DNA of 64,000 bases from Schmidtea polychroa. Taxonomy: Eukaryota. Position 1 is the stretch's first letter. The number at the start of each line of letters is the position of its first letter. The stretch spans positions 81,880,397 to 81,944,396 of the forward strand of contig CM097887.1 of the NCBI GenBank assembly GCA_044892525.1, read 5' to 3'. A program made the translations under genes and the position numbers. Shown here piece after piece: positions 46,098-58,149 of the stretch. A model generated the notes under the pieces. It did no database searches. It saw only the letters and a program-made list of their open reading frames with translations, and was not told the origin of the DNA.

Positions 46098-47441
46098 ATG
46101 GAGAAAATAGAATCTCAGAAAGGAAAACCTTTGTTGTTAAATGATGGATTTCGTTATCGAAAAGCGAGAGTTAATTCTAATGGTAGTACATCGTGGAGGT
46201 GTGTCGAGGTCAACTGTAAAGGAAGACTGAAGGTACATGGAAACGATTCAACAATTATCACCGAACACAGTCATCCAGCTGACCTTGCTCAGAATGAAGC
46301 TGCCAAGTCGGTGGCGGAGATGCGGAGACGTGCTGCTGAAGGCCTGGAGAAACCTCGCCAGATAATTCAACAATGTACTGGTGGTATTTCACTGGAAGCA
46401 GCAAGACAACTACCAACATACACAGCATCTCAACGGACAATCGAACGAAAACGGAAGAGAACCCAACAGCCATATCTGAATCCGACATCAATTGCAGAAA
46501 TTGTCATACCTGATGCGCTCAGAAATACTTTGAGAAACGCGGCTTTCATTCTGTGGGATTCGGGAGAAGAAGATGTCAATAGAATCCTGATGTTTGGAAC
46601 AGAAGAAAATCTGGATATTTTGGAGCAGCATCGTCACTGGTTCATGGATGGAACTTTTAAAGTGGCTCCAGGGATGTTTTTCCAAGTTTTCTCCATTCAT
46701 GCATTGATCGATAAATCAGCCGCTCCTTTGATCTACGTTCTTCTGCAAGATAAGAGAGAGACGTCCTACGCTAGAGTGTTCCAGAAACTTTTGCATTTGA
46801 AACCTACACTGAACCCGCTCAGTATGAGGCATGTTTTTCCAGCCGTTCAGCTGGTTGGATGCCTTTTCCATCTTGGTCAATGTTTATGGAGAAAAGTACA
46901 GGACCTTCATCTGGCCGACCGTTACCGTGATGACGAAAACTTCCGCTCACATATCAAGATGATATTGGCTTTGAGTTTCGTTCCTAGTGCTGACGTTGCA
47001 AATGCATTCGAAATGTTGATGGAAAGCTGTCCGAGGGAAGTCGATCCAATTCTCGACTACTGGGAAGACAATTATATTGGACGAAACAGGCGGAACCGCA
47101 GAGCAGCACCTCTCTTTGCGATACAACTTTGGAATGTCCACGATCGCGTCGCGGATGGTCTACCTCGAACCAATAATTCAGTAGAAGCGTGGCATCGCAG
47201 TTTCCAACAAACGATCGATTGTCATCACCCATCACTATTCAAACTCATTGGACAATTTAGAAAAGAACAGGATAAAGTGGAGATCGACATTGCCCGTTTC
47301 CAGGCTGGCAACAGACAAGCGGAAGCATCAAAGGCGAAGTACGTGCAACTGAGTCGACGGCTTCGTGCTCTCGTTCCAACTTACGACAACACCGAATGTC
47401 TCGACTATCTTCGTAGAATTGCTTACAATCTAGTTATTTAA
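46098..47441 (+). CDS. MULE transposase with N-terminal FLYWCH zinc finger (447 aa), probably catalytically defective
   Basis: GFRYRK..WRC..C..H-x-H; WFMDGTFK; GCLFH; RTNNSVEAWH. The usual D-F-E motif between LNP and FP is absent. Confidence 0.88.
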   Translation: MEKIESQKGKPLLLNDGFRYRKARVNSNGSTSWRCVEVNCKGRLKVHGNDSTIITEHSHPADLAQNEAAKSVAEMRRRAAEGLEKPRQIIQQCTGGISLEAARQLPTYTASQRTIERKRKRTQQPYLNPTSIAEIVIPDALRNTLRNAAFILWDSGEEDVNRILMFGTEENLDILEQHRHWFMDGTFKVAPGMFFQVFSIHALIDKSAAPLIYVLLQDKRETSYARVFQKLLHLKPTLNPLSMRHVFPAVQLVGCLFHLGQCLWRKVQDLHLADRYRDDENFRSHIKMILALSFVPSADVANAFEMLMESCPREVDPILDYWEDNYIGRNRRNRRAAPLFAIQLWNVHDRVADGLPRTNNSVEAWHRSFQQTIDCHHPSLFKLIGQFRKEQDKVEIDIARFQAGNRQAEASKAKYVQLSRRLRALVPTYDNTECLDYLRRIAYNLVI

Positions 47442-49689
47442 TATTTTCATTACATTTTTCATTACAGCCACTTTTTTGGATTTTTTTATTTTTATTTTGC
47501 CATTTTGATGGGGCTATTTTGACGGGTCACCAATCTTACTAATAATCTTAGAAATATTCGTTAAAAATAATAAAATTATTACTTCTAATGAAACTTCATT
47601 AGCTACTAAGCATATCTAAAAATGAATCCACTTTTTTGTCTAACAAATTTACTCGGTATTTATAAAAGGAAGAACGTATTGAATAATCAATTTATTCAAT
47701 CTGCAACTTCAATGGAAATGGTATGTTTATTTTAATTTTATTTATCATATTAATTAATAATTTTCAAATAGAATTGCGAATCGTAAACGCTTCGGCCTTT
47801 CAAATGAATGTGAGCTCAGTTAATGGAAATGCCGCAAATGGTAAATTTATTATTATTACTATCACAAGTTATTAATATTCTTTATCAAATTAATTTATTG
47901 GAGACAGGGCTGCTATCATAGAAAATGAATATGGTAAATTATTTATATTTTAATTAATAAAAATAAAAAATACATTCTATAAAAACATTATTGTAGATGA
48001 TGCACCGGTTTCCAATGGGGATGATATTATGAATTATGCCCTCATTTCTAATGGTGAAGATACGATTATAGTAGATGTACCAATCTCAAGAATGACTATT
48101 CCATATTGAAGAATCTCTTGAAAAAAATGAAACCAATAACTTGCTAAATTAATAGAATTTTAATCGAAAAAATCAAGAGTGATGATTTCAATTCTCACCA
48201 AAGGCAATTCGAGAATGACCGTTCAATTTTAAACATTCTCTTGAAAAAGAATGAAACCAATAACTTGACATATTAATAAAATTTTAATCTAGTAAACAAG
48301 GGGTCGTGAGTTCAATTCTCACCAAAGGCAATTCGAGAATGACAGTTCCATTTTCAACATTCAATGTGAAAAACGATCTCTCAAGTGCAGAAATTTCAAA
48401 AATGGCTGTTCCAAGTTGAGCATTCTCAGAAAAGAAAAAAAAATTGTTATCTTAATAAAATTTTGATCTAGTAAACCAGAGGTCGTGAGTTCAATTCTCA
48501 CCGAAGGCAATTCGAGAATGACAGTTCCATTTTCAACATTCAATGTGAAAACTTTATACATTTAAATAGAAATCTTTGAAATAGCAAACTAAGATGGAGC
48601 AATAGCTAACAATATTCCAATTAGTGGATTATGTAATAATGTTACTCAGATTCCACCTTTTTTCAATCAAGATTAAGCAATTTTTATTGATCTTTCAACA
48701 AGAATTGATAATCTGTTTATTTGCATTTCCTACTAAGTGACCAAGTGAAAAGGATATTAAAAAATAAAATAATTTAATTTCATAGAACTTTTAGTAGAAA
48801 AACCAAGTGATAGAAATTTTCTAAGATTCTAAATTCTGGCTTTTGCATTGACAATTGAACTTTGTTGTTATTTTTGAAAATATGCATTCGTTATTCATTA
48901 TAAATTATAACAATCTGATTACTTACTATTTCTTTCTTCCGTAAAATGTCAATAAGCTACAATCAGCTCAGAATTATTGTTTTTGACAATAAGGTTGAAT
49001 TTTGATATTGAATTAGAATGAGATTTTCGATAAATAATGTTTCTTATTTTGAATTGTTTAAAATTATCTTCCACGTTTCTATTTAATTTTAAATAAATGT
49101 TAAATAAAAATTTACACATAAAAATAATTTCATTCGATAAAGTAAATGAATGAATAAAATCCGAAATTCCTCTTCATCAAAGAAAAATTACTTACTAAAA
49201 TTTCAAAGCTTGTTATGCCAAGTGAATGAAAATAAATTCTTTTGAAACCGAATAAGATTTATAGAAATGAAATTTCCAAATTTTTATCACTGAAATACTC
49301 AATTTGGTGAAATAATAATATCCCTAACATCATAATTCGTCCGATAGCAGTGATAAGATTTCTAAATAAGAAGAACTGTTAATAAAAATCAGGTGGAAAA
49401 TATAACTTTTAAAATTAATTTGTATTTTGAACCAGAGAAACAAATTTATTTCATATATATTAATAAATCGATATATTTAATAATAATTATTTTTTTTTAA
49501 ATCACAAATTTTTTATTCTATTATAAATAAGATTTAAATTTTTATGATATAAAAGACTTTCTTAAAAATTAATATATTTATTGAAAATTATTATATCGAA
49601 TTAAAGTATGCAATTTTTCTATTTTTACTCTTAGTAAATATTTCTTATGTATGAAGGATTATATTATCTTGAGAATAAGAAAGAGAAAG

Positions 49690-50237
49690 ATCACTTCAGA
49701 AAATGGGCTATCAAATAAATCAATGCTGGTTTAAAAATAATATTCGAAGGAGCCCTAGCTTTGTTCACTGTGATTATTTTCAAAGAAAAGGACATAGTAA
49801 TAGCCAATGTTGGTTCAAAAATAATGAGCAGCGTAGCCCAAAAGAGATGCAGCCAGAATGGTTGAAAAGTAATGGTGAGAAAAGTTTGAACAGAAAAAAT
49901 ATCAGTAACCAAAGAACTAATGATCATATAAAATGTGTATAATTGTGGAAGGAAAGGTCATGTCTCTCAAAATTGTTTGGAAAGATCCAGATCTCCATCA
50001 ACATCACCATCACCACAAAGAGACAGAGTTAATTTACAAGGCCAAATTCAATGTCACTCTTATAGAGGCTATGGACATATGGCTAGATTTTGCCCAAAGA
50101 GTAGTCATGTGTTTCAAAGGCCTATTTTAAAGAAAACAAGATTCCAGAAGGACAAATCACAATCTGACAATATTACCTTTGCGCAAACAGATGATTTTAA
50201 TGAGAGAATCGATAATCAACGTGATCAGCGTGATTGA
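49690..50237 (+). pseudogene. Ty3/gypsy gag nucleocapsid remnant (CCHC knuckles), block A
   Basis: HCDYFQRKGHSNSQC, NCGRKGHVSQNC, QCHSYRGYGHMARFC with an RSRSPS linker; frameshifted. Confidence 0.75.
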
Positions 50238-50487
50238 AAGTCGGCTGATAATTATTGAAAGTTAGTGGAAAAATTATTGGAAAATAGTATCCACGTGATT
50301 GAAAGTCGGTGGAGAATAATTGAAAGTAGTTTAAAAAGTATTGGAGAATAGTACTGACGAAATATATATTAAAGTTTATTATTGGAAGATTTAGAGAATT
50401 TGAAAAGTAAATTTAAATTATTGTTTAACGTTTGAAGTTTAGCTCAAAGTGAATCGATAGAACCTCAGAAGTCAGAACCAAACCCAA

Positions 50488-51520
50488 ATGACAAATGGTA
50501 ATGCTGTTATGCCTCTCAATAGAGAGATGATTGATTTCGCAAGTTGCCAAAAATTACCAGTCAATCAATATGGAGGAGACCCTGTATAGTTCGCTGATTT
50601 TATGGGAGATTACTATATGTATGCCTCAGCATATGGATGGACACAAGCCATTATGATTCAGAGATTCCCACTCTATTTGAAGGGTGTTGCAAGGGAAGCC
50701 TGACAGCAAGTCGATAAACGGATTATTGGCAGTGATTTGACCAAATTGAAGGATCCAATGGCACTGAAACTGGTTGGTGGAGATATCAAAAGAATCATGA
50801 GACAGAAATTCTGTAATTGAGTTCAAGGTCCTGATGGATCGCTCAGTGAGTTTGCTTATCATCTGACCAATTTAGCAGATAAAGCCTTTGAAGTCAAACC
50901 AAATCAAGTAGATATGGCTAAGCAGGTTAAAGAGTTGTTACAAGATCCGTTTATAACCGGAGCCCACTCCGAAATTAAATAAGGCTCTATGTTATGTGGA
51001 TTTTTCTTATTTCGATGAGCTTTTAAAAAAAGCAATGAAGATCGAGCTGAACTTGAAAAGTGTGAAAAGATCAGATGCTTTTAGAGTTAATGTGGAGAGA
51101 CGTGAGAGGTCAATTACTCCGGTGAGAGCCCCATGGATGAAAAGAAAATAAACCAAATCAGCAGCCCAATATTGAGACCGAACAATATATTTCAAGCAAG
51201 TAGATCAGCCATAAACGTGCAATCAAATGGACAGTTAAATAACTCTCAGTGCGAACATTGCAAAAAGTCCGGTTCAAATATGAGAAAAATCCCAGCCCTA
51301 AAAAGAGATTCGCGGATAATAAAAGGACGAACAGTGATGTCGAATGCTGTCGACGCGGAAAGAAAGGGCATATTAACAGAAACTGCTTCACTAGATCAAG
51401 ATCATCTTCAATGTCACCGTCACCACAAAGGGACAAAGTTAATACCAATGAAGAAATACAATACCATTCGTGCAAGGGATACGTCATATGGCGCGATCAT
51501 GCCCAAGGAACTCAGAGAGC
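50488..51520 (+). pseudogene. Degenerate Ty3/gypsy gag (capsid plus knuckle block B)
   Basis: YASAYGW..FPLYLKGVARE and SLSEFAYHLTNLADKAF capsid-like motifs with in-frame stops, then CEHCKKSG, CCRRGKKGHINRNC and RSRSSSMSPSPQRD paralogous to block A. Confidence 0.7.
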
Positions 51521-52039
51521 AGACCTATTTAAAGAAATTGATCAGGTTCCAAAAGGATATGCCAACCACCAGTAATATGACGTATCTGCAAGGAGATGAA
51601 TTTCAAGACAAGATGGAAAAGGAATTTCGAGAAATGCGACAGAAGTTGAACAAACTAGTGGCTAAATTCGAATCCGACGAGGAAACCGTGTCAGAAGGTG
51701 AGGAAAAACCAGCCACGAAAGTAAGAAAAATCGTATCAGATGAGAATCCGACGGCATTGTTAGCCCGAATTGAAAGATGGCTTGCTAGAATAGAAACTGA
51801 TAACTTCCAGTTGAAACGATGGATCGCAGAACTCAGTCATATGTCACTAACCCAGAGTAAGCTAAAAAGAGAAATAAATTTATGTGTAAAATTATTTACA
51901 GTAAACCGAGACGATAAGATACTTAAACAAATGCAAAGGTTTGGCAAGGTTTTACGGTCAACAAAGGATCTAGCTGATTGATGAATTAGGAGATTAATTC
52001 ACATCTGTGTGCGCGTTGTATTATGAGATGGGTTTGTAT

Positions 52040-52147
52040 GCGCACACAGACGCGAGCAGTGTCATTTTTTGTCATATTAGTTTATCTCGCGTCTGTGTGC
52101 GCTTTTTACTTTGTTGGATAGATTTGTGTGCGCACACAGGCGCGAGC
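52040..52147. repeat. Cluster of GC-rich inverted repeats and a palindrome
   Basis: 17-bp perfect IR 52040-52056/52086-52102; 14-bp palindrome TGTGTGCGCACACA 52125-52138. Confidence 0.85.
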
Positions 52148-52389
52148 AAGAGGTATGTCACAATTTTTATTAGTTAGTTGTTTTTTGTAATTTTTTGATT
52201 TAGAATTCGAGGAAGCTTTGTTTGAATTGGTGATTTATGTGGGTTTTTGAATTGACGGATTTGGCTTAAAAGAACTGAGTTGTTACTGGTGTCGGTTGGA
52301 ATTTGGTTTTTGCTGGAGTCGAATTATTGAGTGTTTGTGTTTTAATAAGCGATTTAAATTTTTGAATAATGATTTTCTTCTGATAAAAT

Positions 52390-52854
52390 ATGGCTGCTTT
52401 TAATGAAGAAATTTATGAATCAAGCAATATAATCGAGGATAAATGTTCTTTAGTCGATGAAGGATATTGGTGCGTTCACATATCTCAGAATGGTAAATGT
52501 GTGACGTGCAAGGATGGATTTATTGAAAGACTTGAATCTGATAACTCAATGGAAATTGGAAATACTACAAACGAAACTGATGGTTCCTTTTTTATGACCC
52601 CAAGAGATCCTGATAACTTTAATGGTGTTTTTGGCCAACTAGTATCAAATTTATTTGGTGGATTGCTGCCGCAGGATTTTAGATCCGATTCGTCAGATTA
52701 CATGTTTCAACAGATTTCGACAAGTGATTGCACAATAACTCAAAACGTTTCGCCAACATCCTCACGAAAATACAGCACCAAAATCGACATCTCTACCAAA
52801 ATCCTCATCCCCGAAAGCTATTCGTTCGAGAAGTTCCTCCATTATGTTCATTGA
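52390..52854 (+). CDS. Hypothetical protein, 154 aa (possible start of a decayed retroelement polyprotein)
   Basis: ATG-initiated ORF with a Cys/His cluster; no recognisable family. Confidence 0.3.
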   Translation: MAAFNEEIYESSNIIEDKCSLVDEGYWCVHISQNGKCVTCKDGFIERLESDNSMEIGNTTNETDGSFFMTPRDPDNFNGVFGQLVSNLFGGLLPQDFRSDSSDYMFQQISTSDCTITQNVSPTSSRKYSTKIDISTKILIPESYSFEKFLHYVH

Positions 52855-53979
52855 ACTGAACTCTTTGCCATTTGCATATGAAAATTTCGGGACAATTAAA
52901 CACTGATATCATAGTGGAACTTGATAATGTGAAACGCCAATTCCGTGTAAACACATATGGACAAATTGAGAGCTAAAGGAACATATACTTCGACAGTACA
53001 GTGGATGGCGAGTGGAAATAAATTTTGAGAATCGATGTCTGGAAGACGAGGAGTACTTGGTAGATTGTGGTTTAATACCAGGCTGGAAAAATAAAGTAAA
53101 TGTCGTTAATGCAGTTAATACTTTGAATTCAAGTAGACAGAATTGGTGCAAAATTCTAGCAGATTTACAAGACATTCTATATGCAGGGAATAAGGATGAA
53201 ATTAATGCAAGTATCGACTTTATCATGAGCATTAAAATGGAACGAGATATGAACGAAAGATCTGTTGAATGCATTTTACCGTATACTAATAAACCGACAA
53301 GTTATCAAGCGAAGTTAAAGGAGATTATCCGGAAACTAGGACAAGATTATGGGGTAGCAGACCATATCGCGAAGTCTTTGATAATAGCGTTGAATATTGC
53401 AGATCAAAGAATTGAATATTATCAGGAACAATGAAATGTAACGTCAAAGAAAATATGACAAAAAGCACCGGAGATATTAGGTAAGGAAGGAATTAGCGTG
53501 TTTACGTTCAAAGGATGAGAATTAGATGATGACGAATATTTGCTGAATTACGGATGTAATTCAAATTGTATTAATAATGTATACGCAACAAAACAAAGTG
53601 ATGAAATGGAAAGAGATGCCGTTTTTGCCTCCGTATGAGAAAACGGATAACGATAATGTAGACAGTGGAGATTAAAACTGAAGTCGTAGATGACCCAAAG
53701 GAAATTGATCGGGAAATTATTGAATCGCAGAGATTAGAAACAATGAAAAAGGAGGAAATACTGGGACCGGCAAATGAAGCTAAAATGGACAACGAGAAAC
53801 TAGCACCGATAACAGGGTATTACCAAGCATAAAGGAAACGAAAGGTGAAGGGAACTTCGTTGAAACAGAGAATGGCATTGCGATGTATCGGAAACAACAA
53901 AATGATGCGGAAACTAAGTCTTTGAGTTTAGATAAATCGAGCGAAACTGAGCGAATAATAAAAAAGTCTAGTTACGGAA

Positions 53980-55270
53980 TTGTACTTTTTAGATGAAACT
54001 GAATCAAAAGGAGATGATACTCTAGATGAGGAGGAAAGAGTTGTAAAGAAATTAGCAACGGAATTAAAAATGAGATTACCGTCGATAATTAAAAGAAATT
54101 ATGAAGAAAGGGAATTTTGTGAGGAAACAGTAATTGAGGAGCTAACACGAACCGCGTTGAATCGAGATATAATATTGACAGTGTTAGCGTATATAATCTT
54201 AGAGATCGGTATATATGGTTGTTTAGAAGTTGACAATTCAAAATCATTAATAAAAAAGCCACTGAAATGAAGAATGCGATTTCTGAGAAAAGACACTAAA
54301 AGAAAGTGTGGACAAAGTGTCTGACACAAATTATAAAGGTATATATGTATCCCAGAAGGTGATCACAGAGGTTCAAACAAATATACATTCGGGATATCTA
54401 AAATTGACAAATTACTTTAATAACAAGATACATTATCTGCTTCACTTTGGTCAAAATACCGTTGAAAATGTGTACCGAGAAGTTATTATAAACGATTGCA
54501 ATCTCGATAAAGAAATACTCCGAAACTGGATGGACATGGCTATAACCAATCCTAATTTGGTAGCACCAATGTGAATTACAGAGAATGGTATGTTTGCTAG
54601 AATCTTCGGGGAAGCACTATATAGCTACAAATGTAAAGCTGTACCAGTCAAACTGACAAAGTACGACCAATGCACCAAGGAGTTACCAGTAAATTTAAAT
54701 GGGAAGTTGCGATTTATGGACCCTGTGACACGAATCTTACTAGAATACTATGTGAAATCTAAGGTCTTACAATGCAATAGATTGTTGGGACCACTATACA
54801 GATTAACACCAGAATCGTGGATTACATTGCCAGATCATCGAGAAATAAAGACACCGAAAAATCTAGAATTGATAGAAATACAAAATGGGGTGAATTTTAC
54901 AGAAAGATTGTCGCAAAGTGGAATTTACTTGAGCTAAGATATTGAGGAAGCTTGCAGAAATTTGTTATTTCCGTCAAAGAAAGAAAGAGTGATAATGGAA
55001 ATGGTAGATACAATCCTCCCAAGCGGATATAGGAAGGTAAATTACGAGTATCTGTTAACTCCAGATCATTACAAGAAAGCGACTTATAATACGATGAAAA
55101 AGATCTGGGGAAAATTTATGTTCATTGGACAAGCGTGTGCTTGATTGATTGAAATTTATGTAATTGGTGTGGTAATCAAAGTAATAATATCGCAGGTCCT
55201 TTCAACACACAGGCTATACGTGATCACAGGTTGGTCGTGGAAGCTAGTAATTTGTTGAATACCATTATTG
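53980..55270 (+). pseudogene. Chuvirus/Monjiviricetes-type glycoprotein (env-like) remnant, internally deleted
   Basis: Hydrophobic stretch then IYGC..EEC; YFNNK..VY..IINDCNLDKEIL; GEALYSYKCKAVPV..CTKELPV..FMDPVTRIL; C-terminal TM followed by ITGWSWKL. These match my recollection of chuvirus-like glycoprotein motifs. Confidence 0.7.
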
Positions 55271-55726
55271 GCAAGATTCTTCATCACTCATCATCAATAC
55301 AAGGAGTTTGAGATACTGAAGACGCGAATATTAAAGAAGAAAAAGGTGAGCTATTGTTGTACAACTCCTTCAAGGGACGAGAACAATGGCAATGACAACG
55401 AGGGTGATAGTGCACCGTTATATGTAGATAACCAAGAACTAAGTGAAGTAAATAAGGAGGCATTGAGAACTTATCAAATCTTAAAAGAATCACTGTTGAA
55501 TGCGAGTAGCGTAGATACGTTTACAAAATTGTGTATACCAAAATCATTTATGCAATCAGGAAATGAAACCAGTCTAAAATATTGCATTACAATGTGACAG
55601 AATGGTAGGAGAGAGAGTCGAGCCTTCTAGTGCGGAGATCGAAAGAAAGAATATGTTAGGTTTACCATGCAATTACTTACTGGTGACATTAACAAAAAGA
55701 GGAAAAAACCCTGAATATTTATACAA

Positions 55727-55936
55727 ATGAACAAACATAAAGTGGAAGCTTTGGTTAATTCAGGATCTAGTCGCACGATAATATCGGAAAATGTATTAAA
55801 CGTGAAGGAAAGAATGCGAATAAAGCCTATCGACGAAATAGTTAGATCGTTATCGAAAAATGAATTAAACATAATTGGACAGCTTCTGTCGTATTCTATA
55901 TTGGAGATCGAATTATATCGTACGATGCGCTCATAA
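55727..55936 (+). pseudogene. Retroelement aspartic protease remnant
   Basis: VEALVNSGSSRTII (D-S-G with D>N); later NIIG and LIGMDIL in a shifted frame. Confidence 0.75.
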
Positions 55937-56374
55937 TAAAGGGAAATCCAGTACGATGTCTGATCGGCATGGATATATTAGAGCAGCTGTACGGAATCTC
56001 AATTGATTTAAAGACAGGTAATTTGATAGCAGGAGAAACAAGAGAAGTGTTTCTGAATCAGACACTGACAATACCACCACAATCGGAGATGGTCAACAGT
56101 GCAAATAACATAAACGTGGGTAATGGCGATTTCATGTTTAAATACGTTTTTTACGTAATTTTATGATTTATTATATTAACAGGTTTTAACACTATTTGAA
56201 TCGGTAAGCCTGTCCGTGCCGGATGCCGATTATTCGGCAAAAATAGGAATCCGGTCAATTCCGATTTCCTAATCAAAAGTCGGCCCACCACTAATTTAAA
56301 TGAAATACAGAAAAAAGAATTCACAAAACTGTTGAGAAAATAATCGAGACATATTCGCAAAACACGACTATGAT

Positions 56375-56754
56375 TTGGGTTTAACCAATGTAATTGAGCA
56401 TGAAATACCACTATTAGATGAAACTCCAATTAAAATAAAGCCACATAGAATCCCATACGTTCATCAAGAGGAAAGTGATCGACAGATTACAGTAATGAAG
56501 GAATTTGGAATAATACGAGATAGTGCATCACCATTCTCCTCATCTATTCTCCTCATCTATTGATAGTCAAGATAAAAGATGGAGACTTACGATTTTGCAT
56601 AGATTATCGAAAGCCAAATCAAGTTACGAGGTTAGACACTTATCCAATTCCGGTACCTCAAGAAATATTCGATCAAATGGGAGAAGCACGATATTTCACA
56701 ATTATTGATTTAAACAAAGGGTACAATCAATTTAAAGTAAGAGGAAAGAGGTAG
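56375..56754 (+). pseudogene. Ty3/gypsy reverse transcriptase N-terminal remnant
   Basis: IEHEIPL..PIKIKPHRIP, SASPFSS, KDGDLRFCIDYRK, ARYFTIIDLNKGYNQ across three frames; truncated by a satellite. Confidence 0.85.
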
Positions 56755-56799
56755 CTAGGAGATCTGCTGCAACGTTTGATTACGCAATTATTGTGACTT

Positions 56800-57400
56800 A
56801 CTTTTTGCTTTCTGGGATTTTCAGTACAAAAATCTTTTTTTCAGACTATAGTGAGGTTGTCTCCTTGGTCCTGAGAATTTCAATACAAATTTCAATTACC
56901 GTTAAAAAGCCAAGGAATTTTCAGTCTATAGTGAGGGGGTGCTAGAATTTTCAATACAAAAAGGTAGTTTTCAATTGAAAAAGGTATTCTTCACTAAAAA
57001 GCCAAGAATTTTTCAGACTATAGTGAGGGGGTCTCCTTGGTCCTGGGATTTTCAATACAAATATCAATCTACACTAAAAAGCATGGATTTTTCCAAGTAA
57101 ATTAATGTGGGTCACCTTGGTCCTGGGATTTTTTAATAGAAAAAGGTGGTCTTCACTAAAAAAGCCATGGCAATTTAAGGTCTCAGGATATTTTCAATAC
57201 AAAAAGGCGGTCTTCACTAAAAAAGCCAAGGATTTTCCAAGTATTATTAAGTTGGGTCTCCTTAGTCCTGGGATATTCAATACAAAATCCGACTATCGCT
57301 AAAAAAGCATTGATATTTCTAATTAAAATAAGGTGGGTCTCCTTGGTCCTGGGATTTTCAATACAAAAAGGCGGTCTACACTAAAAAAGCGTGGTAAATA
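56800..57400. repeat. Minisatellite, roughly 60-85-bp imperfect units
   Basis: Recurring GTCTCCTTGGTCCTGGGATTTTCAATACAAAAAGG..CACTAAAAAAGCC. Confidence 0.8.
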
Positions 57401-57950
57401 AAGGATAAATAGGTAAATAATGGTCCAAATTTTTGAATTACAGTAAATTATGGGCTCAGATTTTTGAATTACATTAAATAATGGGTCTAATAATTGAATT
57501 TAAGTAATCAATGGGTTCAAATGAGTTAAATATGGTCTAAATTTTTAAATTAAAGTAATCAATGGTCTAAAATTTTGAATTATAGTAAATTAAGGTTCTA
57601 AAAAAATTAAATTAAAGTTAATTAAGGTTCAAATTTTTGAATTAAAGTAAATTATGGTCCAAATAATTAAATTAAAGTAAACTAAGGGTTAAATTTTCGA
57701 ATTAAAGTAAATTAAGGTTCAAATTAGTAAATTATGGTCTAAAATTTTAAATTAAAGTAAATTATGGGTCTAATAATTAAATTAAGGTTCTGAAAAAATT
57801 AAATTAAAGTTAATTAAGGTTCAAAATTTAAAATTAAGTAATCAATGGTCAAATTTTTAAATTAAAGTTAAATAAGTAAATTAAAGTAATAATTTTTATA
57901 TAAGTAAAGTGATGTAATAAGTAAATTAAAGTAAGATTTTTAAATTTATT
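57400..57950. repeat. AT-rich ~30-bp tandem repeat
   Basis: Recurring AAATTAAAGTAAATTATGGTC(T/C)AAA. Confidence 0.75.
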
Positions 57951-58149
57951 AACAAAAAGTTTGAATAATAGTCGGTGATTGAGAATTGAAAATTTTAAAT
58001 GAAAATTTTTAACGAATATTTTTTTAAGATAATTTTTAATGAAAATTTTAATGAAATATTTTTCAAAGTCAATTTTAGATCGAATTGTTTATGAAATATT
58101 TTTCAAAGACAAATTTTAATAATTATATTTAATAATAATAATTCAACAA

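Larger units (their letters stand above)
45600..47531 (+). mobile_element. Mutator-like (MULE) DNA transposon with 9-bp TSD AATCTTACT
   Basis: TSD at 45591-45599 and 47532-47540 (single copy in uninterrupted units); GG..CC termini; right end 47465-47531 is an inverted copy of ~45700-45760; FLYWCH-MULE transposase inside. Confidence 0.93.
25530..48720 (+). repeat. Tandem array of 11 x ~1915-bp units derived from the retrotransposon/tRNA locus
   Basis: Unit starts 25530, 27445, 29360, 31275, 33190, 35105, 37020, 38935, 40850, 42765, 44685; each has degenerate ORF1 5' sequence, an AT-rich middle, element 3' ends, tRNA 3' halves and the array spacer with a 31-bp deletion. A shortened unit precedes it (24244-25529) and a decayed tail follows to ~48720 (end approximate). 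Confidence 0.95.

Noticed and set aside
7636-48720. CRISPR-like repeat/spacer arrays
   Set aside because: Spacers are identical rather than unique, the repeats are tRNA or satellite units, there are no cas genes and the context is eukaryotic.
25530-48720. 1915-bp unit as an actively retrotransposing SINE-like partner
   Set aside because: Strict tandem arrangement including the host spacer and retained intron-like segments point to DNA-level amplification; only the short 3' modules look RT-derived.
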